64,000 nucleotides of DNA. Source: Eledone cirrhosa. Taxonomy: Eukaryota. Below are positions 49,201 through 62,500 of the stretch, in pieces. The position numbers and the translations under genes were made by a program. The stretch is from positions 127,472,001-127,536,000 of the forward strand of contig OZ024744.1 in NCBI GenBank assembly GCA_964016885.1. The letters run 5' to 3'. Position 1 is the stretch's first letter; the number at the start of each line of letters is the position of its first letter. The notes beneath the pieces are model-generated. The model was not told where the DNA came from. It did not search any database and saw only the letters and a list, made by a program, of their open reading frames with translations.

Positions 49201-52200
49201 TTGGGGTTAATTTAAGTTGGGGTTAAGTTAAGTTGGGGTTAAGATAAGTTGGGGTTAAGTTAAGTTGGGGTTAAGTTAAGTTGGGGTTGAGTTAATTTGG
49301 GGTTAAGTTAAGTTGGGGTTAACTTAAGTTGGGGTTAAGTTGGGGTTAAGTTAAGTTGGGGGTAGGTTAAGTTGGGGGCAAGTTAAGTTGGGGTTAAGTT
49401 AAGTTGGGGTTAAGTTAAGTTGGGGGTAAGTTAAGTCGGGGTTAAGTTAAGTTGGGGTTTAGTTAAGTTGGGTTTAAGTTAAGTTGGGGCTAAGTTAAGT
49501 TGGGGCTAAGTTAAGTTGGGGCTGAGTTAAGTAGGGGGTAAGTTAAGTTGGGTGTAAGTTAAGTTGGGGTTCAGTTCAGTTGGGGTTAAGTTAAGTTGGG
49601 GTTAAGTTAAGCTGGGGTTAAGTTAAGTTGGGGTTAAGTTAAGTTGGGGTTAAATTAAGTTGGGGTTAAGTTAGGTTGGGGTTATGTTAAGTTGGGGTTA
49701 AGTTAAGTTGGGGTTAAGATAAGTTGGGGTTAAGTTAAGTTGAGGTTAAGTTAAGTTGGAGTTAAGTTAAGTTGGGGTTAAGCTAAGTTGGGGTTAAGTT
49801 AATTTGCGGTTAAGTAAGGTTGTGGGTTAAGTTAAGTTGGGGTTAAGTTAATTTGGGGTTAAGTTGGGGTAAGTTAAGTAGGGGGCAAGTTAAGTTGGTG
49901 TTAAGTTAAGTTGGGGTTAAGTTAAGTTGGGGTTAAGTTAAGTTGGGGTTAAGTTAAGTTGGGGTTGAGTTAAGTTGGGGTTGAGTTAAGTTGGGGTTAA
50001 GTTAAGTTGGGGTTAAGTTAAGTTGGGGTTACGTTAAGTTGGGGGTAAGTTAAGTTGGGGGCAAGTTAAGTTGGGGTTAAGTTAAGTTGGGGTTAAGTTA
50101 AGTTGGGGTTAAGTTAAGTTGGGATTAAGTTAAGTTGGGGTTAAGTTAAGTTAGGGTTAATTTCACTTGGGGTTATGTTAAGTTGGGGTTAAGTTAAGTT
50201 GGGGTTAAGTTAAAGTTGGGGTTAAGTTAAGTTGGGGTAAAGTTAAGTTAGGGTTAAGTTAAGTTGGGGTTAAGTTAAGTTGGGGTTAAATTAAGTTGGG
50301 GTTAAGTTAAGTTGGGGTTAAGTTAAGTTGGGGTTAAGTTAAGTTGGGGTTCAGTTAAGTTGGGGTTAAATTAAGTTGGGGTTAAGTTAAGTTGGGGTTA
50401 GTTAAGTTGGGGTTAAGTTAAGTTGGGGTTAAGTTAAGTTGGGGTTAAGTTAAGTTGGGGTTAAGTTAAGTTGGCGTTAAGTTAAGTTGGGGTTAAGTTA
50501 AGTTGGGGTTAAATTAAGTTGGGGTTAAGTTAAGTTGGGGTTAATTTAAGTTGGGGTTAAGTTAAGTTGGGGTTAAGTTAAGTTGGAGTTAAGTCAAGTT
50601 GGGGTTAAGTCAAGTTGGGGTTAAGTCAAGTTGTGGTTAAGTCAAGTTGGGGTTAAGTTAAGTTGGGGTTAAGTTAAGTTGGGGTTAAGTTAAGTTGGGG
50701 GTAAGTTAAGTTGGGTGTAAGTTAAGTTGGGGTTCAGTTCAGTTGGGGTTAAGTTAAGTTGGGGTTAAGTTAAGCTGGGGGTAAGTTAAGTTGGGGTTAA
50801 GTTAAGTTGGGGTTAAGTTAAGTTGGGGTTAAGTTAAGTTGGAGTTAAGTTAAGTTGGAGTTAAGTTAAGTTGGGGTTAAGCTAAGTTGGGGTTAAGTTA
50901 AGTTGGGGTTAATTTAAGTTGGGGTTGAGTTAAGTTGGGGTTAAGTTAAGTTCGGGTTGAGTTAAGTTGGGGTTAAATTAAGTTGGGGTTAAGATAAGTT
51001 GGGGTTAAGTTAAGTTGGGGTTAATTTAAGTTGGGGTTGAGTTAATTTGGGTTTAAGTTAAGTTGGGCTTAACTTAAGTTGGGGTTAAGTTGGGGTTAAG
51101 TTAAGTTGGGGTTAAGTTGGGGTTAAGTTAAGTTGGGGGTAAGTTAAGTTGGGGGCAAGTTAAGTTGGGGTTAATTTAAGTTGGGGTTAAGTTAAGTTGG
51201 GGTTATGTTAAGTTGGGGTTAATTTAAGTTGGGGTTAAGTTAAGTTGGGGGTAACTTAAGTTGAGGGTAAGTTAAGTTGAGGGTAAGTTAAGTTGAGGGT
51301 AAGTTAAGTTGAGGTTAAGTTAAGTTGGGGTTAAGTTAAGTTGGGGGTAAGTTAAGTTGGGGGTAAGTTAAGTTGGGGTTAAGTTAAGTTGGGGGTAAGA
51401 TAAGTTGGGGCTACGTTAAGTTGGGGCTAAGTCAAGTTGGGGTTAAGTCAAGTTGAGGTTAACTTAAGTTGGGGTTAAGTTAAGTTGGGGTTAACTTAAG
51501 TTGGGGTTAAGGTAAGTTGGGGTTAAGTTAAGTTGGGGCTAAGTTAAGTTGGGGCTGAGTTAAGTTGGGGTTAAGTTGGGGTTAATTTAAGTTGGGGTTA
51601 AGATAAGTTTCGGTTAAGTTAAGTTCGGGTTGAGTTAAGTTGGGGTTAAGTTAAGTTGGGGTTAATTTAAGTTGGGGTTAATTAAGTTGGGGTTAAGATA
51701 AGTTGGGGTTAAGTTAAGTTGGGGTTAAGTTAAGTTGGGGTTGAGTTAATTTGGGGTTAAGTTAAGTTGGGGTTAACTTAAGTTGGGGTTAAGTTAAGTT
51801 GGGGTTAAGTTAAGTTGGGGGTAAGTTAAGTTGGGGGCAAGTTGAGTTGGGGTTAAGTTAAGTTGGGGTTAAATTAAGGTGGGGGTAAGTTAAGTTGGGG
51901 GTAAGTTAAGTTGGGGTTAAGTTAAGTTGGGGTTAAGTTAAGTTGGGTTTAAGTTAAGTTGGGGCTAAGTTTAGTTGGGGCTAAGTTAAGTTGGGGCTGA
52001 GTTAAGTTGGGGTTAAGTTAAGTTGGGGTTGAGTTAAGTTGGGGTTATCTTAAGTTGGGGCTAAGTTGGTGTTAAGTTAAGTTGGGGTTAAATTAAGTTG
52101 GGGGTTAGTTAAGTTGGGGCAAGTTAAGTTGGGGTTAATTTAAGTTGGGGTTAAGTTAAGTTGGGGTTATGTTAAGTTGGGGGTAAGTTAAGTTGAGGGT

Positions 52201-55200
52201 AAGTTAAGTCGGGGTTAAGTTAAGTTGGGGTTAAATTAAGTTGGGGGTAAGTTAAGTTGGGGGTAAGTTAAGTTGGGGTTAAGTTAAGTTGGGGTTAAAT
52301 TAAGTTGAGGTTAAGTTAAGTTGGGGGTAAGATAAGTTGGTCCTAAGTTAAGTTGGGGCTAAGTCAAGTTGGGGTTAAGTCAAGTTGAGGTTAACTTAAG
52401 TTGGGGTTAAGTTAAGTTGGGGTTAAGTTAAGTCGGGGTTAAGTTAAGTTGGGGTTAAGGTAAGTTGGGGTTATGTTAAGTTGGGGCTAAGTTAAGTTGG
52501 GGCTAAGTTAAGTTGGGGCTGAGTTAAGTTGGGGTTAAGTTAAGTTGGGGTTGAGTTAAGTTTGGGTTAAGTTAAGTTGGGGTTAATTTAAGTTGGGGTT
52601 AAGTTAAGTTGGGGTTAAGATAAGTTGGGGTTAAGTTAAGTTGGGGTTAAGTTAAGTTGGGGTTGAGTTAATTTGGGGTTAAGTTAAGTTGGGGTTAACT
52701 TAAGTTGGGGTTAAGTTGGGGTTAAGTTAAGTTGGGGGTAGGTTAAGTTGGGGGCAAGTTAAGTTGGGGTTAAGTTAAGTTGGGGTTAAGTTAAGTTGGG
52801 GGTAAGTTAAGTCGGGGTTAAGTTAAGTTGGGGTTTAGTTAAGTTGGGTTTAAGTTAAGTTGGGGCTAAGTTAAGTTGGGGCTAAGTTAAGTTGGGGCTG
52901 AGTTAAGTAGGGGGTAAGTTAAGTTGGGTGTAAGTTAAGTTGGGGTTCAGTTCAGTTGGGGTTAAGTTAAGTTGGGGTTAAGTTAAGCTGGGGTTAAGTT
53001 AAGTTGGGGTTAAGTTAAGTTGGGGTTAAATTAAGTTGGGGTTAAGTTAGGTTGGGGTTATGTTAAGTTGGGGTTAAGTTAAGTTGGGGTTAAGATAAGT
53101 TGGGGTTAAGTTAAGTTGAGGTTAAGTTAAGTTGGAGTTAAGTTAAGTTGGGGTTAAGCTAAGTTGGGGTTAAGTTAATTTGCGGTTAAGTAAGGTTGTG
53201 GGTTAAGTTAAGTTGGGGTTAAGTTAATTTGGGGTTAAGTTGGGGTAAGTTAAGTTGGGGGCAAGTTAAGTTGGTGTTAAGTTAAGTTGGGGTTAAGTTA
53301 AGTTGGGGTTAAGTTAAGTTGGGGTTAAGTTAAGTTGGGGTTGAGTTAAGTTGGGGTTGAGTTAAGTTGGGGTTAAGTTAAGTTGGGGTTAAGTTAAGTT
53401 GGGGTTACGTTAAGTTGGGGGTAAGTTAAGTTGGGGGCAAGTTAAGTTGGGGTTAAGTTAAGTTGGGGTTAAGTTAAGTTGGGGTTAAGTTAAGTTGGGA
53501 TTAAGTTAAGTTGGGGTTAAGTTAAGTTAGGGTTAATTTCAGTTGGGGTTATGTTAAGTTGGGGTTAAGTTAAGTTGGGGTTAAGTTAAAGTTGGGGTTA
53601 AGTTAAGTTAGGGTAAAGTTAAGTTAGGGTTAAGTTAAGTTGGGGTTAAGTTAAGTTGGGGTTAAATTAAGTTGGGGTTAAGTTAAGTTGGGGTTAAGTT
53701 AAGTTGGGGTTAAGTTAAGTTGGGGTTCAGTTAAGTTGGGGTTAAATTAAGTTGGGGTTAAGTTAAGTTGGGGTTAGTTAAGTTGGGGTTAAGTTAAGTT
53801 GGGGTTAAGTTAAGTTGGGGTTAAGTTAAGTTGGGGTTAAGTTAAGTTGGCGTTAAGTTAAGTTGGGGTTAAGTTAAGTTGGGGTTAAATTAAGTTGGGG
53901 TTAAGTTAAGTTGGGGTTAATTTAAGTTGGGGTTAAGTTAAGTTGGGGTTAAGTTAAGTTGGAGTTAAGTCAAGTTGGGGTTAAGTCAAGTTGGGGTTAA
54001 GTCAAGTTGTGGTTAAGTCAAGTTGGGGTTAAGTTAAGTTGGGGTTAAGTTAAGTTGGGGTTAAGTTAAGTTGGGGGTAAGTTAAGTTGGGTGTAAGTTA
54101 AGTTGGGGTTCAGTTCAGTTGGGGTTAAGTTAAGTTGGGGTTAAGTTAAGCTGGGGGTAAGTTAAGTTGGGGTTAAGTTAAGTTGGGGTTAAGTTAAGTT
54201 GGGGTTAAGTTAAGTTGGAGTTAAGTTAAGTTGGAGTTAAGTTAAGTTGGGGTTAAGCTAAGTTGGGGTTAAGTTAAGTTGGGGTTAATTTAAGTTGGGG
54301 TTGAGTTAAGTTGGGGTTAAGTTAAGTTCGGGTTGAGTTAAGTTGGGGTTAAATTAAGTTGGGGTTAAGATAAGTTGGGGTTAAGTTAAGTTGGGGTTAA
54401 TTTAAGTTGGGGTTGAGTTAATTTGGGTTTAAGTTAAGTTGGGCTTAACTTAAGTTGGGGTTAAGTTGGGGTTAAGTTAAGTTGGGGTTAAGTTGGGGTT
54501 AAGTTAAGTTGGGGGTAAGTTAAGTTGGGGGCAAGTTAAGTTGGGGTTAATTTAAGTTGGGGTTAAGTTAAGTTGGGGTTATGTTAAGTTGGGGTTAATT
54601 TAAGTTGGGGTTAAGTTAAGTTGGGGGTAACTTAAGTTGAGGGTAAGTTAAGTTGAGGGTAAGTTAAGTTGAGGGTAAGTTAAGTTGAGGTTAAGTTAAG
54701 TTGGGGTTAAGTTAAGTTGGGGGTAAGTTAAGTTGGGGGTAAGTTAAGTTGGGGTTAAGTTAAGTTGGGGGTAAGATAAGTTGGGGCTAAGTTAAGTTGG
54801 GGCTAAGTCAAGTTGGGGTTAAGTCAAGTTGAGGTTAACTTAAGTTGGGGTTAAGTTAAGTTGGGGTTAACTTAAGTTGGGGTTAAGGTAAGTTGGGGTT
54901 AAGTTAAGTTGGGGCTAAGTTAAGTTGGGGCTGAGTTAAGTTGGGGTTAAGTTGGGGTTAATTTAAGTTGGGGTTAAGATAAGTTTCGGTTAAGTTAAGT
55001 TCGGGTTGAGTTAAGTTGGGGTTAAGTTAAGTTGGGGTTAATTTAAGTTGGGGTTAATTAAGTTGGGGTTAAGATAAGTTGGGGTTAAGTTAAGTTGGGG
55101 TTAAGTTAAGTTGGGGTTGAGTTAATTTGGGGTTAAGTTAAGTTGGGGTTAACTTAAGTTGGGGTTAAGTTAAGTTGGGGTTAAGTTAAGTTGGGGGTAA

Positions 55201-56150
55201 GTTAAGTTGGGGGCAAGTTGAGTTGGGGTTAAGTTAAGTTGGGGTTAAATTAAGGTGGGGGTAAGTTAAGTTGGGGGTAAGTTAAGTTGGGGTTAAGTTA
55301 AGTTGGGGTTAAGTTAAGTTGGGTTTAAGTTAAGTTGGGGCTAAGTTTAGTTGGGGCTAAGTTAAGTTGGGGCTGAGTTAAGTTGGGGTTAAGTTAAGTT
55401 GGGGTTGAGTTAAGTTGGGGTTATCTTAAGTTGGGGCTAAGTTGGTGTTAAGTTAAGTTGGGGTTAAATTAAGTTGGGGGTTAGTTAAGTTGGGGCAAGT
55501 TAAGTTGGGGTTAATTTAAGTTGGGGTTAAGTTAAGTTGGGGTTATGTTAAGTTGGGGGTAAGTTAAGTTGAGGGTAAGTTAAGTCGGGGTTAAGTTAAG
55601 TTGGGGTTAAATTAAGTTGGGGGTAAGTTAAGTTGGGGGTAAGTTAAGTTGGGGTTAAGTTAAGTTGGGGTTAAATTAAGTTGAGGTTAAGTTAAGTTGG
55701 GGGTAAGATAAGTTGGTCCTAAGTTAAGTTGGGGCTAAGTCAAGTTGGGGTTAAGTCAAGTTGAGGTTAACTTAAGTTGGGGTTAAGTTAAGTTGGGGTT
55801 AAGTTAAGTCGGGGTTAAGTTAAGTTGGGGTTAAGGTAAGTTGGGGTTATGTTAAGTTGGGGCTAAGTTAAGTTGGGGCTAAGTTAAGTTGGGGCTGAGT
55901 TAAGTTGGGGTTAAGTTAAGTTGGGGTTGAGTTAAGTTTGGGTTAAGTTAAGTTGGGGTTAATTTAAGTTGGGGTTAAGTTAAGTTGGGGTTAAGATAAG
56001 TTGGGGTTAAGTTAAGTTGGGGTTAAGTTAAGTTGGGGTTGAGTTAATTTGGGGTTAAGTTAAGTTGGGGTTAACTTAAGTTGGGGTTAAGTTGGGGTTA
56101 AGTTAAGTTGGGGGTAGGTTAAGTTGGGGGCAAGTTAAGTTGGGGTTAAG
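46237..56150 (+). repeat. Higher-order repeat: ~3 tandem copies of a 3,376-bp unit
   Basis: TTACGTT at 46,656, 50,032 and 53,408. AAA insertion at 46,836, 50,212 and 53,588. TTTCGG at 48,235, 51,611 and 54,987. Confidence 0.92.
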
Positions 56151-59100
56151 TTAAGTTGGGGGTAAGTTAAGTCTGGGTTAAGTTAAGTTGGGGTTTAGTT
56201 AAGTTGGGTTTAAGTTAAGTTGGGGCTAAGTTAAGTTGGGGCTAAGTTAAGTTGGGGCTGAGTTAAGTAGGGGGTAAGTTAAGTTGGGTGTAAGTTAAGT
56301 TGGGGTTCAGTTCAGTTGGGGTTAAGTTAAGTTGGGGTTAAGTTAAGCTGGGGTTAAGTTAAGTTGGGGTTAAGTTAAGTTGGGGTTAAGTTAAGTTGGG
56401 GTTAAGTTAAGTTGGGGTTGAGTTAAGTTGGGGTTAAGTTAAGTTGGGGGTAAGTTAAGTTGGGGGTAAGTTAAGTTGGGGGCAAGTTAAGTTGGGGTTA
56501 AGTTAAGTTCGGGTTAAGTTAAGTTGGGGTTAAGTTAAGTTGGGATTAAGTTAAGTTGGGGTTAAGTTAAGTTAGGGTTAATTTCAGTTGGGGTTATGTT
56601 AAGTTGGGGTTAAGTTAAGTTGGGGTTAAGTTAAAGTTGGGGTTAAGTTAAGTTAGGGTAAAGTTAAGTTAGGGTTAAGTTAAGTTGGGGTTAAGTTAAG
56701 TTGGGGTTAAATTAAGTTGGGGTTAAGTTAAGTTGGGGTTAAGTTAAGTTGGGGTTAAGTTAAGTTGGGGTTCAGTTAAGTTGGGGTTAAATTAAGTTGG
56801 GGTTAAGTTAAGTTGGGGTTAGTTAAGTTGGGGTTAAGTTAAGTTGGGGTTAAGTTAAGTTGGGGTTAAGTTAAGTTGGGGTTAAGTTAAGTTGGCGTTA
56901 AGTTAAGTTGGGGTTAAGTTAAGTTGGGGTTAAATTAAGTTGGGGTTAAGTTAAGTTGGGGTTAATTTAAGTTGGGGTTAAGTTAAGTTGGGGTTAAGTT
57001 AAGTTGGAGTTAAGTCAAGTTGGGGTTAAGTCAAGTTGGGGTTAAGTCAAGTTGTGGTTAAGTCAAGTTGGGGTTAAGTTAAGTTGGGGTTAAGTTAAGT
57101 TGGGGTTAAGTTAAGTTGGGGGTAAGTTAAGTTGGGTGTAAGTTAAGTTGGGGTTCAGTTCAGTTGGGGTTAAGTTAAGTTGGGGTTAAGTTAAGCTGGG
57201 GGTAAGTTAAGTTGGGGTTAAGTTAAGTTGGGGTTAAGTTAAGTTGGGGTTAAGTTAAGTTGGAGTTAAGTTAAGTTGGAGTTAAGTTAAGTTGGGGTTA
57301 AGCTAAGTTGGGGTTAAGTTAAGTTGGGGTTAATTTAAGTTGGGGTTGAGTTAAGTTGGGGTTAAGTTAAGTTCGGGTTGAGTTAAGTTGGGGTTAAATT
57401 AAGTTGGGGTTAAGATAAGTTGGGGTTAAGTTAAGTTGGGGTTAATTTAAGTTGGGGTTGAGTTAATTTGGGTTTAAGTTAAGTTGGGCTTAACTTAAGT
57501 TGGGGTTAAGTTGGGGTTAAGTTAAGTTGGGGTTAAGTTGGGGTTAAGTTAAGTTGGGGGTAAGTTAAGTTGGGGGCAAGTTAAGTTGGGGTTAATTTAA
57601 GTTGGGGTTAAGTTAAGTTGGGGTTATGTTAAGTTGGGGTTAATTTAAGTTGGGGTTAAGTTAAGTTGGGGGTAACTTAAGTTGAGGGTAAGTTAAGTTG
57701 AGGGTAAGTTAAGTTGAGGGTAAGTTAAGTTGAGGTTAAGTTAAGTTGGGGTTAAGTTAAGTTGGGGGTAAGTTAAGTTGGGGGTAAGTTAAGTTGGGGT
57801 TAAGTTAAGTTGGGGGTAAGATAAGTTGGGGCTAAGTTAAGTTGGGGCTAAGTCAAGTTGGGGTTAAGTCAAGTTGAGGTTAACTTAAGTTGGGGTTAAG
57901 TTAAGTTGGGGTTAACTTAAGTTGGGGTTAAGGTAAGTTGGGGTTAAGTTAAGTTGGGGCTAAGTTAAGTTGGGGCTGAGTTAAGTTGGGGTTAAGTTGG
58001 GGTTAATTTAAGTTGGGGTTAAGATAAGTTTCGGTTAAGTTAAGTTCGGGTTGAGTTAAGTTGGGGTTAAGTTAAGTTGGGGTTAATTTAAGTTGGGGTT
58101 AATTAAGTTGGGGTTAAGATAAGTTGGGGTTAAGTTAAGTTGGGGTTAAGTTAAGTTGGGGTTGAGTTAATTTGGGGTTAAGTTAAGTTGGGGTTAACTT
58201 AAGTTGGGGTTAAGTTAAGTTGGGGTTAAGTTAAGTTGGGGGTAAGTTAAGTTGGGGGCAAGTTGAGTTGGGGTTAAGTTAAGTTGGGGTTAAATTAAGG
58301 TGGGGGTAAGTTAAGTTGGGGGTAAGTTAAGTTGGGGTTAAGTTAAGTTGGGGTTAAGTTAAGTTGGGTTTAAGTTAAGTTGGGGCTAAGTTTAGTTGGG
58401 GCTAAGTTAAGTTGGGGCTGAGTTAAGTTGGGGTTAAGTTAAGTTGGGGTTGAGTTAAGTTGGGGTTATCTTAAGTTGGGGCTAAGTTGGTGTTAAGTTA
58501 AGTTGGGGTTAAATTAAGTTGGGGGTTAGTTAAGTTGGGGCAAGTTAAGTTGGGGTTAATTTAAGTTGGGGTTAAGTTAAGTTGGGGTTATGTTAAGTTG
58601 GGGGTAAGTTAAGTTGAGGGTAAGTTAAGTCGGGGTTAAGTTAAGTTGGGGTTAAATTAAGTTGGGGGTAAGTTAAGTTGGGGGTAAGTTAAGTTGGGGT
58701 TAAGTTAAGTTGGGGTTAAATTAAGTTGAGGTTAAGTTAAGTTGGGGGTAAGATAAGTTGGTCCTAAGTTAAGTTGGGGCTAAGTCAAGTTGGGGTTAAG
58801 TCAAGTTGAGGTTAACTTAAGTTGGGGTTAAGTTAAGTTGGGGTTAAGTTAAGTCGGGGTTAAGTTAAGTTGGGGTTAAGGTAAGTTGGGGTTATGTTAA
58901 GTTGGGGCTAAGTTAAGTTGGGGCTAAGTTAAGTTGGGGCTGAGTTAAGTTGGGGTTAAGTTAAGTTGGGGTTGAGTTAAGTTTGGGTTAAGTTAAGTTG
59001 GGGTTAATTTAAGTTGGGGTTAAGTTAAGTTGGGGTTAAGATAAGTTGGGGTTAAGTTAAGTTGGGGTTAAGTTAAGTTGGGGTTGAGTTAATTTGGGGT

Positions 59101-59585
59101 TAAGTTAAGTTGGGGTTAACTTAAGTTGGGGTTAAGTTGGGGTTAAGTTAAGTTGGGGGTAGGTTAAGTTGGGGGCAAGTTAAGTTGGGGTTAAGTTAAG
59201 TTGGGGGTAAGTTAAGTCTGGGTTAAGTTAAGTTGGGGTTTAGTTAAGTTGGGTTTAAGTTAAGTTGGGGCTAAGTTAAGTTGGGGCTAAGTTAAGTTGG
59301 GGCTGAGTTAAGTAGGGGGTAAGTTAAGTTGGGTGTAAGTTAAGTTGGGGTTCAGTTCAGTTGGGGTTAAGTTAAGTTGGGGTTAAGTTAAGCTGGGGTT
59401 AAGTTAAGTTGGGGTTAAGTTAAGTTGGGGTTAAGTTAAGTTGGGGTTAAGTTAAGTTGGGGTTGAGTTAAGTTGGGGTTAAGTTAAGTTGGGGGTAAGT
59501 TAAGTTGGGGGTAAGTTAAGTTGGGGGCAAGTTAAGTTGGGGTTAAGTTAAGTTCGGGTTAAGTTAAGTTGGGGTTAAGTTAAGT
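53490..59585 (+). repeat. Tandem duplication with 3,045-bp period, overlapping the last 3,376-bp copy
   Basis: Markers 3,045 apart: 53,588/56,633, 53,610/56,655, 54,987/58,032, 56,173/59,218. Confidence 0.9.
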
Positions 59586-62500
59586 TAGGGTTAATTTCAG
59601 TTGGGGTTAACTTAAGTTGGGGTTAAGTTAAGTAAGGGTTAATTTAAGTTGGGGTTATGTTAAGTTGGGGTTAAGTTAAGTTGGGGTTAAGTTAAGTTGG
59701 TGTTAAGTAAAGTTGGGGTTAAGTTAAGTTGTGGGTTAAGTTAAGTTGGGGTTAAGTTAAGTTGGGGTTAAGTTAAGTTGGTGTTAAGTAAAGTTGGGCT
59801 TAAGTTAAGTTGGGTTTGAGTTAAGTTGGGTCTAAGTTAAGTTAGGGTTAATTTAAGTTGGGGTTATGTTAAGTTGGGGTTAAGTTAAGTTGGGGCTAGG
59901 TTAAGTTGGGTCTAAGTTAAGTTGGGGTTAAGTTAAGTTGGGGTTAAGTTAAGTTGGGGTTAAATTAAGTTGGGGTTAAGTTAAGTTGGGGTTAAGCTAA
60001 GTTGGGGTTAAGTTAATTTGCGGTTAAGTTAGGTTGTTGGTTAATTTAAGTTGGGGGTAAGTTAAGTTGGGGGTAAGTTAAGTTGGGGTTAAGTTAAGTT
60101 GGGGTTAAGTTAAGTTGGGGTTAAGTTAAGTTGTGGTTAAGTTCAGTTGGGGTTAAGTTAAGTTGGGGTTAAGTTAAGCTGGGGGTAAGTTAAGTTGGGT
60201 GTAAGTTAAGTTGGGGTTAAGTTAAGTTGGGGTTAAGTTAAGTTGGGGTTAAATTAAGTTGGGGTTAAGTTAAGTTGGGGTTATGTTAAGTTGGGATTAA
60301 GTTAAGTTGGGGTTAAGATAAGTTGGGGTTAAGTTAAGTTGAGGTTAAGTTAAGTTGGAGTTAAGTTAAGTTGGGGTTAAGCTAAGTTGGGGTTAAGTTA
60401 ATTTGCGGTTAAGTTAGGTTGTGGGTCAAGTTAAGTTGGGGTTAAGTTAAGCTGGGGTTAAGTTGGGGTAAGGTAAGTTGGGGGTAAGTTAAGTTGGGGT
60501 TAAGTTAAGTTGGGGTTAAGTTAAGTTGGGGTTAAGTTAAGTTGGGGTTGAGTTAAGTTGAGGTTGAGTTAAGTTGGGGTTAAGTTAAGTTGGGGTTAAG
60601 TTAAGTTGGGGTTAAGTTAAGTTGGGGTTAAGTTAAGTTGGGGGTAAGTTAAGTTGGGGGCAAGTTAAGTTGGGGTTAAGTTAAGTTGGGGTTAAGTTAA
60701 GTTGGGGTTAAGTTAAGTTGGGGTTAAGTTAAATTGGGGTTAAGTTAAGTTAGGGTTAATTTCAGTTGGGGTTATGTTAAGTTGGGGTTAAGTTAAGTTG
60801 GGGTTAAGTTAAAGTTGGGGTTAAGTTAAGTTGGGGTAAAGTTAAGTTAGGGTTAAGTTAAGTTGGGGTTAAGTTAAGTTGGGGTTAAATTAAGTTGGTG
60901 TTAAGTTAAGTTGGGGTTAAGTTAAGTTGGGGTTAAATTAAGTTGGGGTTCACTTAAGTTGGGGTTAAATTAAGTTGGGGTTAAGTTAAGTTGGGGTTAG
61001 TTAAGTTGGGGTTAAGTTAAGTTGGGGTTAAGTTAAGTTGGGGTTAAGTTAAGTTGGGGTTAAGTTAAGTTGGCGTTAAGTTAAGTTGGGGTTAAGTTAA
61101 GTTGGGGTTAAATTAAGTTGGGGTTAAGTTAAGTTGGGGTTAATTTAAGTTGGGGTTAAGTTAAGTTGGGGTTAAGTTAAGTTGGAGTTAAGTCAAGTTG
61201 GGGTTAAGTCAAGTTGGGGTTAAGTCAAGTTGGGGTTAAGTCAAGTTGGGGTTCAGTTCAGTTGGGGTTAAGTGAAGTTGGGGTTAAGTTAAGATGGGGG
61301 TAAGTTAAGTTGGGGTTAAGTTAAGTTGGGGTTAAGTTAAGTTGGGGTTAAGTTAAGTTGGGGTTAAGTTAAGTTGGAGTTAAGTTAAGTTGGAGTTAAG
61401 TTAAGTTGGGGTTAAGCTAAGTTGGGGTTCAGTTAAGTTGGGGTTAAGTTAATTTGGGGCTGAGTTAAGTTGGGGTTAAGTTAAGTTCGGGTTGAGTTAA
61501 GTTGGGGTTAAGTTAAGTTGGGGTTAAGTTAAGTTGGGGTTAAGTTAAGTTGGGGTTAAGATAAGTTGGGGTTAAGTTAAGTTGGGGTTAATTTAAGTTG
61601 GGGTTGAGTTAATTTGGGTTTAAGTTAAGTTGGGCTTAATTTAAGTTGGGGTTAAGTTGGGGTTAAGTTAAGTTGGGGTTAAGTTAAGTTGGGGGTAAGT
61701 TAAGTTGGGGGCAAGTTAAGTTGGGGTTAATTTAAGTTGGGGTTAAGTTAAGTTGGGGTTATGTTAAGTTGGGGTTAAGTTAAGTTGGGGTTAAGTTAAG
61801 TTGGGGGTAACTTAAGTTGGGGTTAAGTTAAGTTGAGGGTAAGTTAAGTTGAAGGTAAGTTAAGTTGAGGTTAAGTTAAGTTGGGGTTAAGTTAAGTTGG
61901 GGGTAAGTTAAGTTGGGGGTAAGATAAGTTGGGGCTAAGTTAAGTTGGGGCTAAGTCAAGTTGGGGTTAAGTCAAGTTGAGGTTAACTTAAGTTGGGGTT
62001 AAGTTAAGTTGGGGCTAAGTTAAGTTGGGGTTAAGTTAAGTTGGCGTTAAGTTAAGTTGGGGTTAAGTTAAGTTGGGGTTAAGGTAAGTTGGGGTTAAGT
62101 TAAGTTGGGGTTCAGTTAAGTTGGGGTTATGTTAAGTTGGGGTTAAGTTAAGTTGGGGTTAAGTTAAGTTGGGGGTAACTTAAGTTGGGGTTAAGTTAAG
62201 TTGAGGGGTTAAGTTAAGTTGGGGTTAAGTTAAGTTGGGGTTAAGATAAGTTGGGGTTAAGTTAAGTTGGGGTTAATTTAAGTTGGGGTTGAGTTAAGTT
62301 GGGGTTAAGTTAAGTTCGGGTTGAGTTAAGTTGGGGTTAAGTTAAGTTGGGGTTAAGTTAAGTTGGGGTTAAGTTAAGTTGGGGTTAAGATAAGTTGGGG
62401 TTAAGTTAAGTTGGGGTTAATTTAAGTTGGGGTTGAGTTAATTTGGGTTTAAGTTAAGTTGGGCTTAACTTAAGTTGGGGTTAAGTTGGGGTTAAGTTAA

